Source of the DNA: Candidatus Bathyarchaeia archaeon
GTDB taxonomy: Archaea > Thermoproteota > CALKCG01 > B24 > JAGTQN01
DNA length: 64,000 nucleotides
NCBI GenBank assembly: GCA_038850515.1
Contig: JAWCLV010000002.1
Coordinates: 1,966 to 65,965, forward strand
Direction: 5' to 3'
In this document: positions 8,225-17,080 of the stretch, piece after piece
Layout: the number at the start of each line of letters is the position of its first letter
How positions within the stretch are numbered: position 1 is the first letter of the stretch
Notes under the pieces: model-generated
The model's input: only the letters and a program-made list of their open reading frames with translations
Told to the model about the DNA's origin: nothing
Database searches by the model: none
Position numbers and translations under genes: made by a program

Positions 8225-8692
8225 ATGGGGGAAGGTGCATCCAATGATCTAAGGAGGCTATATCCCAAGCATCCTTTCGTCGGCGTAGGCGCCGTTGTCC
8301 AGTATGGCGATAGGGTCCTCCTCATCCGAAGGGCGAATGAGCCTGGAAAGGGACTCTGGTCCATACCTGGGGGGCTAGTTGAGCTGGGCGAAACAGTTAG
8401 GGAGGCGGCAAAGAGAGAGGTTGAGGAGGAAACGGGTGTTTTAGTGGAAATAGGAGAGCTTATCGATGTTATCGACAATATCATTCGGGACGAATCAGGA
8501 GCCGTGAAGTTCCACTATGTCCTTGTCGACTTTCTGGCAAAACCCCTTTCCAAGGAGTCCATGCCCATCATTCGTCCATCTTCCGAAGTCCTAGAGGCGG
8601 GCTGGTTCTTGCCTGAGGAGCTTTCGAAGCTTTCCATGACTAGGACTGCACGGAGGCTCTTAGAAAAACTTGATCTTTTTCGAAGGGTCTGA
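8225..8692 (+). CDS. NUDIX hydrolase
   Basis: Nudix box GGLVELGETVREAAKREVEEETG. ATG at 8225 lies 8 nt after GGAGG (8212-8216). The ORF track extends the frame back to 8210. Confidence 0.8.
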   Translation: MGEGASNDLRRLYPKHPFVGVGAVVQYGDRVLLIRRANEPGKGLWSIPGGLVELGETVREAAKREVEEETGVLVEIGELIDVIDNIIRDESGAVKFHYVLVDFLAKPLSKESMPIIRPSSEVLEAGWFLPEELSKLSMTRTARRLLEKLDLFRRV

Positions 8693-8742
8693 AAGTATGG
8701 ACCTTGAAAGATTAATAAATTTGGAAGTTTTTCTTTGCCTCT

Positions 8743-9561
8743 ATGCACGAGATCCTTTCGACTAGAAGCCTTTGCCCGGGCATCAAGCTTTTTGAAGTCT
8801 CAGCACCCCTTGTGGCTAGGAAGGCTGAGGCCGGAGAGTTCGTCATTATAAGGGTTGACGATAAAGGCGAGCGTATTCCCCTTACGATCGTAGACTGGTC
8901 TAGGCATCGGGGAAGCATTGCAATCGTTTTCCAAGAAATTGGAAGGTCTACTAAGAAGCTTGGAAGGCTGAAGGCTGGTGAAAAGATCCTAAACCTTGTA
9001 GGACCCCTAGGAAAACCCATCGAGAAGAGACTTTATGGCACAACGATCTGCGTAGCTGGTGGTGTTGGAATCGGAGCCATTTACCCTATCGCTAGGGCTC
9101 TAAAGGCTTCGAGAAACAGGGTCGTAACGATCATAGGGGCGAGGAGCAAGGAACTCCTTTTCTTTGAGGAAGAACTTCGATCTGTAAGCGATGAGCTTTA
9201 CGTAGCCACGGATGATGGATCCAAGGGAACGAAGGGCTTCGTAACGGATGTTTTGAAGAATTTGCTTCAAAGCCTTCGAACGGACATGGTTTATTCGGTT
9301 GGCCCTGTTTTGATGATGAAGGCAGTTGCGGAGGTAACGAGGCCCTACGGCATAAAAACGATCGCAAGCCTCAATCCCATTATGATCGATGGAACCGGTA
9401 TGTGTGGCTGTTGCCGGGTGATCGTAGGTGGAAGGATGATGTTTACCTGCGTTGATGGTCCAGACTTTGATGCCCATGAGGTCGATTTCGAGAATCTCTT
9501 GGCTAGAAATAGGCGATTCCTTGAGGAGGAAGCCCTGGCTCTGAAAAAAGATCTTGTTTGA
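8743..9561 (+). CDS. NfnA/SudB-like ferredoxin-NADP reductase-type subunit (FAD/NAD binding, C-terminal 2Fe-2S)
   Basis: 272 aa. Architecture like the PyrK/sulfide dehydrogenase beta subunit, with C-terminal DGTGMCGCCRV...FTCVDGP. Adjacent to a GltD-like gene. Confidence 0.75.
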   Translation: MHEILSTRSLCPGIKLFEVSAPLVARKAEAGEFVIIRVDDKGERIPLTIVDWSRHRGSIAIVFQEIGRSTKKLGRLKAGEKILNLVGPLGKPIEKRLYGTTICVAGGVGIGAIYPIARALKASRNRVVTIIGARSKELLFFEEELRSVSDELYVATDDGSKGTKGFVTDVLKNLLQSLRTDMVYSVGPVLMMKAVAEVTRPYGIKTIASLNPIMIDGTGMCGCCRVIVGGRMMFTCVDGPDFDAHEVDFENLLARNRRFLEEEALALKKDLV

Positions 9562-9579
9562 GGCAAGGGTCGATGAAGA

Positions 9580-11001
9580 ATGGCATCGAATAGAGGCCTT
9601 GAAAAAAGGATGCCCTTTCCCGAGCGCGATCCTAAGGAAAGGATTCGGGACTTTGGGGAGGTTGCCTTAGGCTTCAAAGCCGAGGATGCCATTAAAGAGG
9701 CCCAAAGATGCCTTGAATGTAAAAGATCGCCCACCTCGAAGATATGCATCGATGGCTGCCCTGTGGAGATAGATATCCCTAGTTTTATCAAGGCTATAAA
9801 GAAGGGGGATTTCGAAGAAGCAATACGCATCATAAAAGATCGAAACAGCCTACCGGCCGTATGTGGTAGGGTATGTCCTTGGGAAAAGCAGTGTGAAGCC
9901 TTCTGTACGCTAGGTAGGCGTTGGGAGCCCGTCTCCATTGGAAGGCTAGAACGCTTTGTGGCAGACTTGGAGCACCAAAGGGGCCTTCAGATTCCAGAAC
10001 TTCCACCAAGAAATGGGAAGAAGGTAGCGATCGTGGGATCAGGACCAGCCGGGCTTACGGCGGCTGCTGAGCTTGCAAAGATTGGCTATGAGGTTACAAT
10101 ATTTGAGGCCCTTCATGCGCCCGGAGGCGTCCTTCTTTATGGCATACCTGAGTTCAGGCTTCCCAAGGTCATCGTTGAGGCGGAAGTCGAATACATAAGG
10201 AGGCTTGGAGTCAACATCCTCACAGATATCGTCATTGGAAAAACCCTTACCCTCGATGAGCTATTAGCGGATTTTAATGCAGTCTTCATAGCCACAGGGG
10301 CTGGGCTCCCCCAATGGCTCGGCATATCAGGCGAGAGCCTTAACGGCGTTTACTCAGCCAATGAATTCCTAACAAGGGTCAACCTCATGAAAGCCTATCG
10401 ATTTCCCGATTACGATACTCCAATAAAGGTAGGAAGGGTTGTCGTTACGATAGGAGGGGGTAATGTCGCCATGGACTGCGCTAGGACGGCTTTAAGACTC
10501 GGGGTCGAAAAATCGATTGTAGTCTACAGAAGATCGGAGAAGGAAATGCCTGCGAGGGGTGAGGAGGTTGAAAGGGCGAAAGCTGAAGGGGTCGAATTCC
10601 TTTTTTTGACAAATCCCAAGAGGTTCCTAGGGGATGAGAAAGGATGGGTTAGGAAAGTCGAATGCCTTCGTATGGAGCTTGGGGAGCCTGATGCCTCAGG
10701 TAGGCGCAGACCAATAGCCAAGCCCGGCTCAGAATTCCTTATCGATGCGGACACGGTTATCATAGCCATAGGACAGGCTCCCAACCCCCTTATTCCAAGG
10801 ACCACAGAGGGCCTTAAGACGCGGGAAGATGGAACTATCCTTGTGGATACCCAAGGGAGGACATCGAAGCCAGGGGTCTTTGCAGGAGGGGATATAACCA
10901 CTGGCGATGCGACCGTTGTAGAAGCCATAGGAGCCGGGAGAAGGGTTGCAAAGGAAATCCATCGCTACTTAAGCCTCAAGGAGCCTTGGCCAAGGCTTTA
11001 A
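9580..11001 (+). CDS. NfnB/SudA/GltD-like NAD(P)H-dependent oxidoreductase (glutamate synthase small-subunit family)
   Basis: 473 aa. N-terminal Cys clusters (CLEC...CPVEIDIP, CGRVCP...C), GSGPAGL dinucleotide fold, and a second GGGNVAMDCA fold. Confidence 0.85.
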   Translation: MASNRGLEKRMPFPERDPKERIRDFGEVALGFKAEDAIKEAQRCLECKRSPTSKICIDGCPVEIDIPSFIKAIKKGDFEEAIRIIKDRNSLPAVCGRVCPWEKQCEAFCTLGRRWEPVSIGRLERFVADLEHQRGLQIPELPPRNGKKVAIVGSGPAGLTAAAELAKIGYEVTIFEALHAPGGVLLYGIPEFRLPKVIVEAEVEYIRRLGVNILTDIVIGKTLTLDELLADFNAVFIATGAGLPQWLGISGESLNGVYSANEFLTRVNLMKAYRFPDYDTPIKVGRVVVTIGGGNVAMDCARTALRLGVEKSIVVYRRSEKEMPARGEEVERAKAEGVEFLFLTNPKRFLGDEKGWVRKVECLRMELGEPDASGRRRPIAKPGSEFLIDADTVIIAIGQAPNPLIPRTTEGLKTREDGTILVDTQGRTSKPGVFAGGDITTGDATVVEAIGAGRRVAKEIHRYLSLKEPWPRL

Positions 11002-11293
11002 AAGCTACCGCATTACTCGATACCCAATATGCTTTGGAAATTTCCAAGATCTATTTAAAGAAAAAAAGTTTTTGCCCTTATCCTTTTAGCACATACCTGT
11101 AGCGCGCCGTAATACCTAGATAGGTTCTTTCCGCCTCTATTCCATGGAGAGCCCTTTCTGGGATGATAAATTCATAGCGATAAGGCATGGTGTTTTTAAC
11201 AATCTTGCTTTCATCAGCCTTAAATGGCTGATGGGTTCCTTGTGTCCAGTAAGGATTTGTTGGTGCAAATCCAAAAAGGGGTGAAATGATATT

Positions 11294-11917
11294 ATGCGTC
11301 CCAATACCGTGAAAGGCTGGGAAAGGGCTACAGGCTTGATAAGAAAGCAAGCACCTTTGAAGGAGCGCATTGCCCACTCTTTGTATCGCCTGAAGGTTCA
11401 GCAGAATAGGCTAGAGGGAGCCGCCATGCGTATGCAACAACACGACAGAAACCTCTTTGAAAAGTGCGTAGCAGCCCAGGCTTCAAGGGACTCTTCTAGA
11501 GCAGCCATGTATGCCAACGAATGTGCCGAGGTTAGGAAGATGCAGAAGATCATCCTCAGGGCAGCCCTCGCCCTAGAACAGGTAATCCTCAGGCTTGAAA
11601 GTGTCCAAGAGTTTGGAGATGTCGTGGTTGCCATGGCCCCTGTAGCTGGCGTCGTTCGATCCCTCCAGAGCCAGCTATCGGGCGTCATACCAGAGGTTTC
11701 CTACGAGCTTGGAAGGATAGGAGAAGACTTGGGCAAGATAGTCATCGAGTTCGGAGAGACGACTGGCACGGGATGGGAAATTGAGGCAACAGGCGAGGCC
11801 CAGAGGATCCTTGAGGAGGCTTCAGCCATAGCGGAGCAGAAGATGAGGGAGCGCTTCCCAGAGATACCAGCCGTCATGGAGCCTACCGAGAAAGTTGGAG
11901 AGGCTATGAAAAAGTAG
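11294..11917 (+). CDS. cdvB: ESCRT-III (Snf7-like) CdvB paralog without winged-helix tail
   Basis: 207 aa. Aligns along its length with the downstream CdvB (YANECAEVRKM, LRLESVQEFGDV, GVIPEV, ILEEASAIAEQKMRERFPEIP). Confidence 0.85.
   Translation: MRPNTVKGWERATGLIRKQAPLKERIAHSLYRLKVQQNRLEGAAMRMQQHDRNLFEKCVAAQASRDSSRAAMYANECAEVRKMQKIILRAALALEQVILRLESVQEFGDVVVAMAPVAGVVRSLQSQLSGVIPEVSYELGRIGEDLGKIVIEFGETTGTGWEIEATGEAQRILEEASAIAEQKMRERFPEIPAVMEPTEKVGEAMKK
11810..11868 (+). repeat. 59-nt patch, identical at 57/59 positions to 13266-13324 (between the two cdvB paralogs)
   Basis: CTTGAGGAGGCTTCAGCCATAGCGGAGCAGAAGAT(G/A)A(G/A)GGAGCGCTTCCCAGAGATACC occurs in both genes, while the rest of the two genes has diverged at the DNA level. 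Confidence 0.8.
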
Positions 11918-11928
11918 GGTAGGTTAAA

Positions 11929-12699
11929 ATGACCTTAAGCATGGAGTTAGGAAAGAAGTACCTTGGAAAGCCCGTCTTCGACATCTATGGCAGGAACCTA
12001 GGAAGGATTGTAGGGCTAAACGCTGATGTGAAAAATGAAGTAACGCAGATAGAGGTGGAGCTCGGAAGCGGAGAGTTCTTCAGTTGTCCGAGTTCCCTGA
12101 TCCTCATCAAGGGCGACTCCGTAAGCTATGTCTACCAGTGGAAAATTGATGCCCAAAACATAGAGAAGGCCATGACCCTAGCCCTTAAGAGGCTATATGC
12201 CCTCGATGAACTCCTCCGCATAGGAGAAATCCCAAGGGACATATATGAAGACTTCAAGAAATACCATGAATCCTCATTAAACCAATTAAAGGATCGAAGA
12301 AGGATCCTTGTCGATGGATTGAAGGAACGCGTCAACAGGCTCAACTCCCAGATCAAGGAGCTCCAAGTCTTCCTGGCTAGCCTTAAGATGCAACATTCTA
12401 CGGGTGAGCTCGATGAAGGTACCTACAAGGATATGTGCGCCGCAATACAGTCTGGACTGAACAGGACATCCTCGGAGAAGGAGGACATCGAAGCCACTAT
12501 AACGGAGCTTATGCAGCTAGATCTGAAAGCGACTCCGCCTCCTCCTGCACCAAAGCCCTTACAGGAGGCCAAGCCTCCTGCGCCCCAGAGCCCTGTAACG
12601 GTGCCAGATTCCCAACCCGGCAAGTCTCCATCGCCATCAGCATCGGAGTCTAGTGAGGTCAAGCCCCAGAAGCCCATAGTTGTCCAAATCGAAGGTTAA
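11929..12699 (+). CDS. cdvA: CdvA (PRC-barrel N-terminus, coiled coil, Pro-rich tail)
   Basis: 256 aa. N-terminal GKPVFDIYGRNLGRIVGL (PRC-barrel-like), a long heptad region, and a PPPPAPKPLQEAKPPAPQSP tail. Sits between the two cdvB genes. Confidence 0.75.
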   Translation: MTLSMELGKKYLGKPVFDIYGRNLGRIVGLNADVKNEVTQIEVELGSGEFFSCPSSLILIKGDSVSYVYQWKIDAQNIEKAMTLALKRLYALDELLRIGEIPRDIYEDFKKYHESSLNQLKDRRRILVDGLKERVNRLNSQIKELQVFLASLKMQHSTGELDEGTYKDMCAAIQSGLNRTSSEKEDIEATITELMQLDLKATPPPPAPKPLQEAKPPAPQSPVTVPDSQPGKSPSPSASESSEVKPQKPIVVQIEG

Positions 12700-12728
12700 A
12701 GGCTTCTGGGCTTCTAGGAGGGGGTTCC

Positions 12729-13562
12729 TTGACAAAAATAAAATGGGATGATGAGTCCAAGGGAAAGCTTTCAAAGCTCACGGAGAAGCTTCGGATCCCA
12801 AGGCGATCCTTGAAGGAAGCGATTGTAACTGCATGTTTTCGCCTTCAATCTCAAAGGGGAAGGCTTGAGCAAACCATCGCAAGGCTTCAGCAGAGGGATA
12901 GGGAGATCTTCGAACGCTGCATTGGGGCGAAGCTTTCTGGGGATAAGAACCACGCAGTCATGTATGCCAACGAGTGCGCTGAGCTTAGGAAGATGGCAAA
13001 ACTTGTGATGAGTGCCCAACTCGCCTTGGAGAGGGTCATCCTTAGGCTTGAGACAGTCCAAGAGTTCGGAGACGTCATAGCCCAAATCGCTCCCGTTATG
13101 AGCATCCTCAAGGAAACGAGGAGCCGCCTAGCTGGAGTCATACCTGAGGTTGCCATGGAACTGGATCAGGTTAACTCCCTCCTAGGCAATACACTCATAG
13201 AGACTGGTGAAGTCGGAGCAACCCAAAGCATCCTCGAAGCCACAAGTGCTGAGGCTAGGAAGGTTCTTGAGGAGGCTTCAGCCATAGCGGAGCAGAAGAT
13301 AAAGGAGCGCTTCCCAGAGATACCTTCGCTTCCCTTGCCAGAAGGGCCGCTACCCGAAGGGGTGTCCCTAGGATCCGTAAGCCTTAGGGCATCCTTAAGC
13401 TTGGATCCCTTATCCTTGGAGGATCAGGTTTACGATTACATAGTCAAACACGACGGAAGGATCAGCACAACGAAGTGCGCCTCAGAGTTGAAGGTATCCG
13501 AGGGCGATGTCAGGAAAGCCCTATCGATTTTGAAGGAGAAGGGGAGGATCGTGATTCCCTAG
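12729..13562 (+). CDS. cdvB: ESCRT-III CdvB with Pro-rich MIM2-like linker and C-terminal winged-helix domain
   Basis: 277 aa with a TTG start. Snf7-like core, then PSLPLPEGPLPEG, then YDYIVKHDGRISTTKCASELKVSEGDVRKALSILKEKGRI (wH). Confidence 0.85.
   Translation: MTKIKWDDESKGKLSKLTEKLRIPRRSLKEAIVTACFRLQSQRGRLEQTIARLQQRDREIFERCIGAKLSGDKNHAVMYANECAELRKMAKLVMSAQLALERVILRLETVQEFGDVIAQIAPVMSILKETRSRLAGVIPEVAMELDQVNSLLGNTLIETGEVGATQSILEATSAEARKVLEEASAIAEQKIKERFPEIPSLPLPEGPLPEGVSLGSVSLRASLSLDPLSLEDQVYDYIVKHDGRISTTKCASELKVSEGDVRKALSILKEKGRIVIP
13266..13324 (+). repeat. second copy of the cdvB 59-nt conserved patch
   Basis: See 11810-11868. Confidence 0.8.
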
Positions 13563-13631
13563 TAGAATAGATGTAAGCCCTAACGCCTCGAACAGCCCTA
13601 GAAGAAGATCAAAGCGGAGTGATGATGGAGG

Positions 13632-14786
13632 ATGGCCGCCGAGTACCTGGAACAGCTGGCGGCTAAAAACGCTAATGAAGCCATTCAGCTAGATCGCCAA
13701 GGCTCCGCCGGAATGGCCGTCGCCAAATATCAAAGGGCAGTTGAGATACTCCTAAAGCTCTGTTCCCTTTACCCCTCTTCCCCCCATAGCCAAATCTATA
13801 TGGACCGCCTTCACTGTTATCAAAGGAGGATCCAGGAACTCCAGAGATATATTACCTATAATGGAACCTATGAGAGGGCTAATAGGCTTGGAGAAGGCGG
13901 AAGCCCTGGTCTAGGAAAGTTTGATCAACTCATCCTGAACGAAAAGCCCAACGTTAGATGGGAGGACATCGCAGACCTAAAACAATGCAAGAAGGCTATA
14001 GAAGATGCCATCGTTTTCCCTGTAAAAAGGCCAGATCTCTTTCCGCTAGGATGGCCAAGGGGAATCCTCTTCTTCGGACCTCCAGGCTGTGGAAAGACTA
14101 TGCTAGCAGCGGCGGTAGCCACGGAAATCGATGCAGCCTTCTTCTGTGTAGATGCAGCATCCATCATGTCTAAGTGGCTTGGAGAATCTGAGCAGAACGT
14201 TGCCGCCCTTTTCGCTGAGGCAAGGCACATCTCCGATGGCGGTAAACCAGCCGTCATATTCTTGGATGAGGTTGATTCCCTTGCTGGCCTTAGGTCCTAT
14301 GAGGTAGGTGGTGAAGTAAGGGTTCGTAACCAGTTCTTGAAGGAGATGGATGGAGTCTTGGAAAAGAGCCGAAAATCCTATGTTTACATCATAGGAGCCA
14401 CCAACAAGCCTTGGGCTTTGGATGAACCCTTCATAAGGCGCTTTCAGAAGCGCATCTATGTACCGCTTCCAGATGAGGAAGGTAGGCTCGAACTCTTAAA
14501 CCTCCTGACGAAAAGCCTTAAGATTGCTCCGGATGTGGACCTTGCGTATCTTTCTAAGGTAACGGAAGGCTATACAGCCAGCGACATTACAGACATCGTC
14601 CAGGCAGCCCATCTAAACGTCGTAAGGGAATTCTTTGAAAGCCATGCTCCAAACGATAAATCCGGGGAAACTAGGGCCCTAAGCCTCGATGATTTCCTCA
14701 AGGTTCTGAAAGATCGGAAGCCTACTGTTTCGAAGGAAATGCTTAGGAACTACGAGCGCTGGTTCGAGGCGTACAAAGGGTTGTAG
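13632..14786 (+). CDS. cdvC: Vps4-like AAA+ ATPase CdvC (MIT domain plus AAA)
   Basis: 384 aa. N-terminal MIT-like helices, Walker A GPPGCGKT, Walker B IFLDEVD, and the second region of homology. Confidence 0.9.
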   Translation: MAAEYLEQLAAKNANEAIQLDRQGSAGMAVAKYQRAVEILLKLCSLYPSSPHSQIYMDRLHCYQRRIQELQRYITYNGTYERANRLGEGGSPGLGKFDQLILNEKPNVRWEDIADLKQCKKAIEDAIVFPVKRPDLFPLGWPRGILFFGPPGCGKTMLAAAVATEIDAAFFCVDAASIMSKWLGESEQNVAALFAEARHISDGGKPAVIFLDEVDSLAGLRSYEVGGEVRVRNQFLKEMDGVLEKSRKSYVYIIGATNKPWALDEPFIRRFQKRIYVPLPDEEGRLELLNLLTKSLKIAPDVDLAYLSKVTEGYTASDITDIVQAAHLNVVREFFESHAPNDKSGETRALSLDDFLKVLKDRKPTVSKEMLRNYERWFEAYKGL

Positions 14787-14801
14787 CATGGGGGGATTTT
14801 T

Positions 14802-15302
14802 TTGATCAATTTGGATGAGAAAGATATGAAGATCCTAGCAGAGCTTTCCGAGAATGCCAATGCAACCTTCGTAGAGATAGGGAAACGCCTTAACCTCCAT
14901 CCCAATGTAATAGCCTATAGAATAAGTAGAATGGAGAGGGCCGGGATCATAAAGCGCTATACGGCTCTCTTGGACCTTGAGAAAGTTGGTCTAGGAGAGA
15001 GCGTCCTCGTAGGGCTAAGCTTTCCAAACCATTCACTCCGCGATGAGATTGTTAAGCGCCTCACCGCCATACCTCAGGTTACACAGGTTTTGAGTTCTTT
15101 AGGAAATCCCGAAGGATTCGTCTATGTTGTCGCTCAGAATAAGGCTGAGGTTGATAGCGTTATCTCAAAGATGAGGGATCTTAACGTGAAGATAGAGTTT
15201 GCGACATCGATAATAAAGACACATCAAGATGGGCTCCTCGCGAGAATATTGAGACTTCAAGCCGAAAAAATGATCGAAGAATCGAATCCCTTGCCCAGGT
15301 GA
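14802..15302 (+). CDS. Lrp/AsnC family transcriptional regulator
   Basis: 166 aa. LDEKDMKILAELSENANATFVEIGKRLNLHPNVIAYRI is an HTH, followed by a RAM-like C-terminus. Confidence 0.8.
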   Translation: MINLDEKDMKILAELSENANATFVEIGKRLNLHPNVIAYRISRMERAGIIKRYTALLDLEKVGLGESVLVGLSFPNHSLRDEIVKRLTAIPQVTQVLSSLGNPEGFVYVVAQNKAEVDSVISKMRDLNVKIEFATSIIKTHQDGLLARILRLQAEKMIEESNPLPR

Positions 15303-15412
15303 AAAGTCCATGGTAGCTAAGGCTTCAAGGAGAATTCCAAAAATCTTTTTCCTACGATGGTTTTTGGATGCCGAAGGCTTCCATACCTTTGTCACAATAG
15401 GAGGGTTGTAGG

Positions 15413-15682
15413 TTGGTGGAGTCTATTACCATTACGGTTCGAAGGGACATGGAAGCCAAAGTGAGGCGCAATTCATATAACCTTGCTCCCCTATACGTCC
15501 GATGCCATGGTTGTGGCCATAGAAGGGCTTCCCATAACATCCGATATTGTCCCCATTGCGGGAGGATCCTCTGTTACAAATGCTTCGTCCCAACGATGCA
15601 TGGTAAGGATATATGCTCATCGAGACATGTAAAACATCTTGAGAGCGATAGCAAAAAATCCTTGATAACCGATGGACGATAA
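15413..15682 (+). CDS. hypothetical small Cys-rich (zinc-ribbon-like) protein
   Basis: 89-aa ORF with CHGC...CPHCG...CYKC. No other support. Confidence 0.3.
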   Translation: MVESITITVRRDMEAKVRRNSYNLAPLYVRCHGCGHRRASHNIRYCPHCGRILCYKCFVPTMHGKDICSSRHVKHLESDSKKSLITDGR

Positions 15683-16185
15683 ATATTATATAATATGCTT
15701 TTGAAACCATGGATCTGTTAAACCTTTGTTATACAATTAAAGCTTCCATGAAAAAGGATTAGAAACAATTATAGTTAATCTCAGAACCTTTGACCTATAG
15801 AATGATCAGCTTTAACCATAGAAATGTTGGTTAAGACCATATTGCTAAGCGGTCAAATGTTCCTAGATCTACCATAGTCGAGTTTCCCCCTCTATTCGAA
15901 AATCGAAGCTTCCATTCCTACCTTACTATTTCCGAATTCTACCAAAGATCTCGATTTATATAAAATTCTCTACCATCTTCTTCCATATTTTTGTCCAAGA
16001 TCTATGGAAATTTCTTTCCTTTCTACTAGCCCAATTGCCTTAAAAATGCAACGGAATTAGGGGAAGAGCAGGTTAAGATTTAAATAGAATTGGCATCTTG
16101 GTACTTCAAAAAAATGATTTTTTTGATCTTAACGCATATAGGAATAGATATCATACCCCTATGAACGTTTGTAGAGGGGACGTGA

Positions 16186-16338
16186 ATGAAGCTAATCACG
16201 ATACATGTTCCTGAGAGGTACCTTAGGGAATTAGATAGGCTCGTGGAAAGTAAATATTATCACAGCAGAGCAGACGCCATTAGGTCAGCAGTCAGAGATC
16301 TTCTTATGAGGGAGCGAGATATCCTTGAATATCGCTGA
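16186..16338 (+). CDS. ribbon-helix-helix (CopG/Arc/MetJ-type) DNA-binding protein, 50 aa
   Basis: Not in the ORF track (under 60 aa). Runs from ATG 16186 to TGA 16336-16338 and translates to MKLITIHVPERYLRELDRLVESKYYHSRADAIRSAVRDLLMRERDILEYR. It is a paralog of the ORF at 35529-35678. Confidence 0.6.
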   Translation: MKLITIHVPERYLRELDRLVESKYYHSRADAIRSAVRDLLMRERDILEYR

Positions 16339-16909
16339 GCAAACCAATAGCACTCCCAAGGCTCCAATGTTAGTAGCTTTAGGCGCCCAAGGAAAATCGA
16401 AGGGTTTTATCATGACCCTTGTTTCTACAAGGAAGGAAGATGAGACAGGGCTTGGGGTCTTTAATTCCCGTGAGAGAATGGAATTCCTCTATAGGCTTAT
16501 CGAAAAGCCTTCCATGAAAATATATATCGAGGATAACCCCTTTGAGGAGTTTGCTCTTAAGGATTTCTCTGAGTTCGGAACCCTGAGCGAGTTAGGGGAG
16601 GTTCTTAAATCGAAAAGAAAGGATTCTAGAGAAGGCATGAAATTCCTTCTCAACTTTGGAAATGGAACCTCCTCGGAAATAAAGGGGGCTATAGATATCT
16701 TGGAAAAGTTCGGTGGGAAGGGGATAAGAATCTTTAAGAGCCCAGAAAGTTCATCTAGCTTCCTTTTTGTCGAATTCGAGCCCGAAGGTCTTTCAAGGAA
16801 AGATAGTCTTAGCTTGGATCTCTTCGACCTTGAACCTGATGCGGGAAAGGAATCTCCCTTATATCTTGACCTGGTGCTACCCAGGATAGATGAGGAGCAT
16901 CAAACCTAA
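16325..16909 (+). CDS. hypothetical protein with possible N-terminal P-loop (ALGAQGKS)
   Basis: 194-aa ORF overlapping the RHH gene by 14 nt, which suggests translational coupling. I recognised no family. An internal ATG (MLVALGAQGKSKG) is a possible start. Confidence 0.45.
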   Translation: MNIAEQTNSTPKAPMLVALGAQGKSKGFIMTLVSTRKEDETGLGVFNSRERMEFLYRLIEKPSMKIYIEDNPFEEFALKDFSEFGTLSELGEVLKSKRKDSREGMKFLLNFGNGTSSEIKGAIDILEKFGGKGIRIFKSPESSSSFLFVEFEPEGLSRKDSLSLDLFDLEPDAGKESPLYLDLVLPRIDEEHQT

Positions 16910-17043
16910 AGAAAAGGATGAAAAACGAAATGTAGAAAACGATTTGATTTTTCTTAGAGCGAAGGGTTCTTTGGTCATCAACGTTCGGCGACGTTCTTGG
17001 GCTCTGTAGGTTTGACTAAACTAAGATCACGGAAAAGAAGAAC

Positions 17044-17058
17044 TTTAAATTTAAATTT
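17044..17058 (+). promoter_or_regulatory. TATA-box-like element upstream of the tRNA at 17081
   Basis: TTTAAATTTAAATTT ends 23 nt before the first tRNA nucleotide, which is the usual archaeal TATA spacing. Confidence 0.45.
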
Positions 17059-17080
17059 CAGAACTTTCTTCCTATTTTCA

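Noticed and set aside
11078-11377. Minus-strand ORFs of 99 and 77 aa upstream of and overlapping cdvB
   Set aside because: They overlap the well-supported cdvB paralog start and have low-complexity, motif-free translations.
15700-16185. AT-rich ~480-bp spacer as a replication origin
   Set aside because: I found no ORB or mini-ORB-type inverted repeats, and no cdc6/orc1 gene is adjacent. It is more simply a promoter-rich intergenic region.
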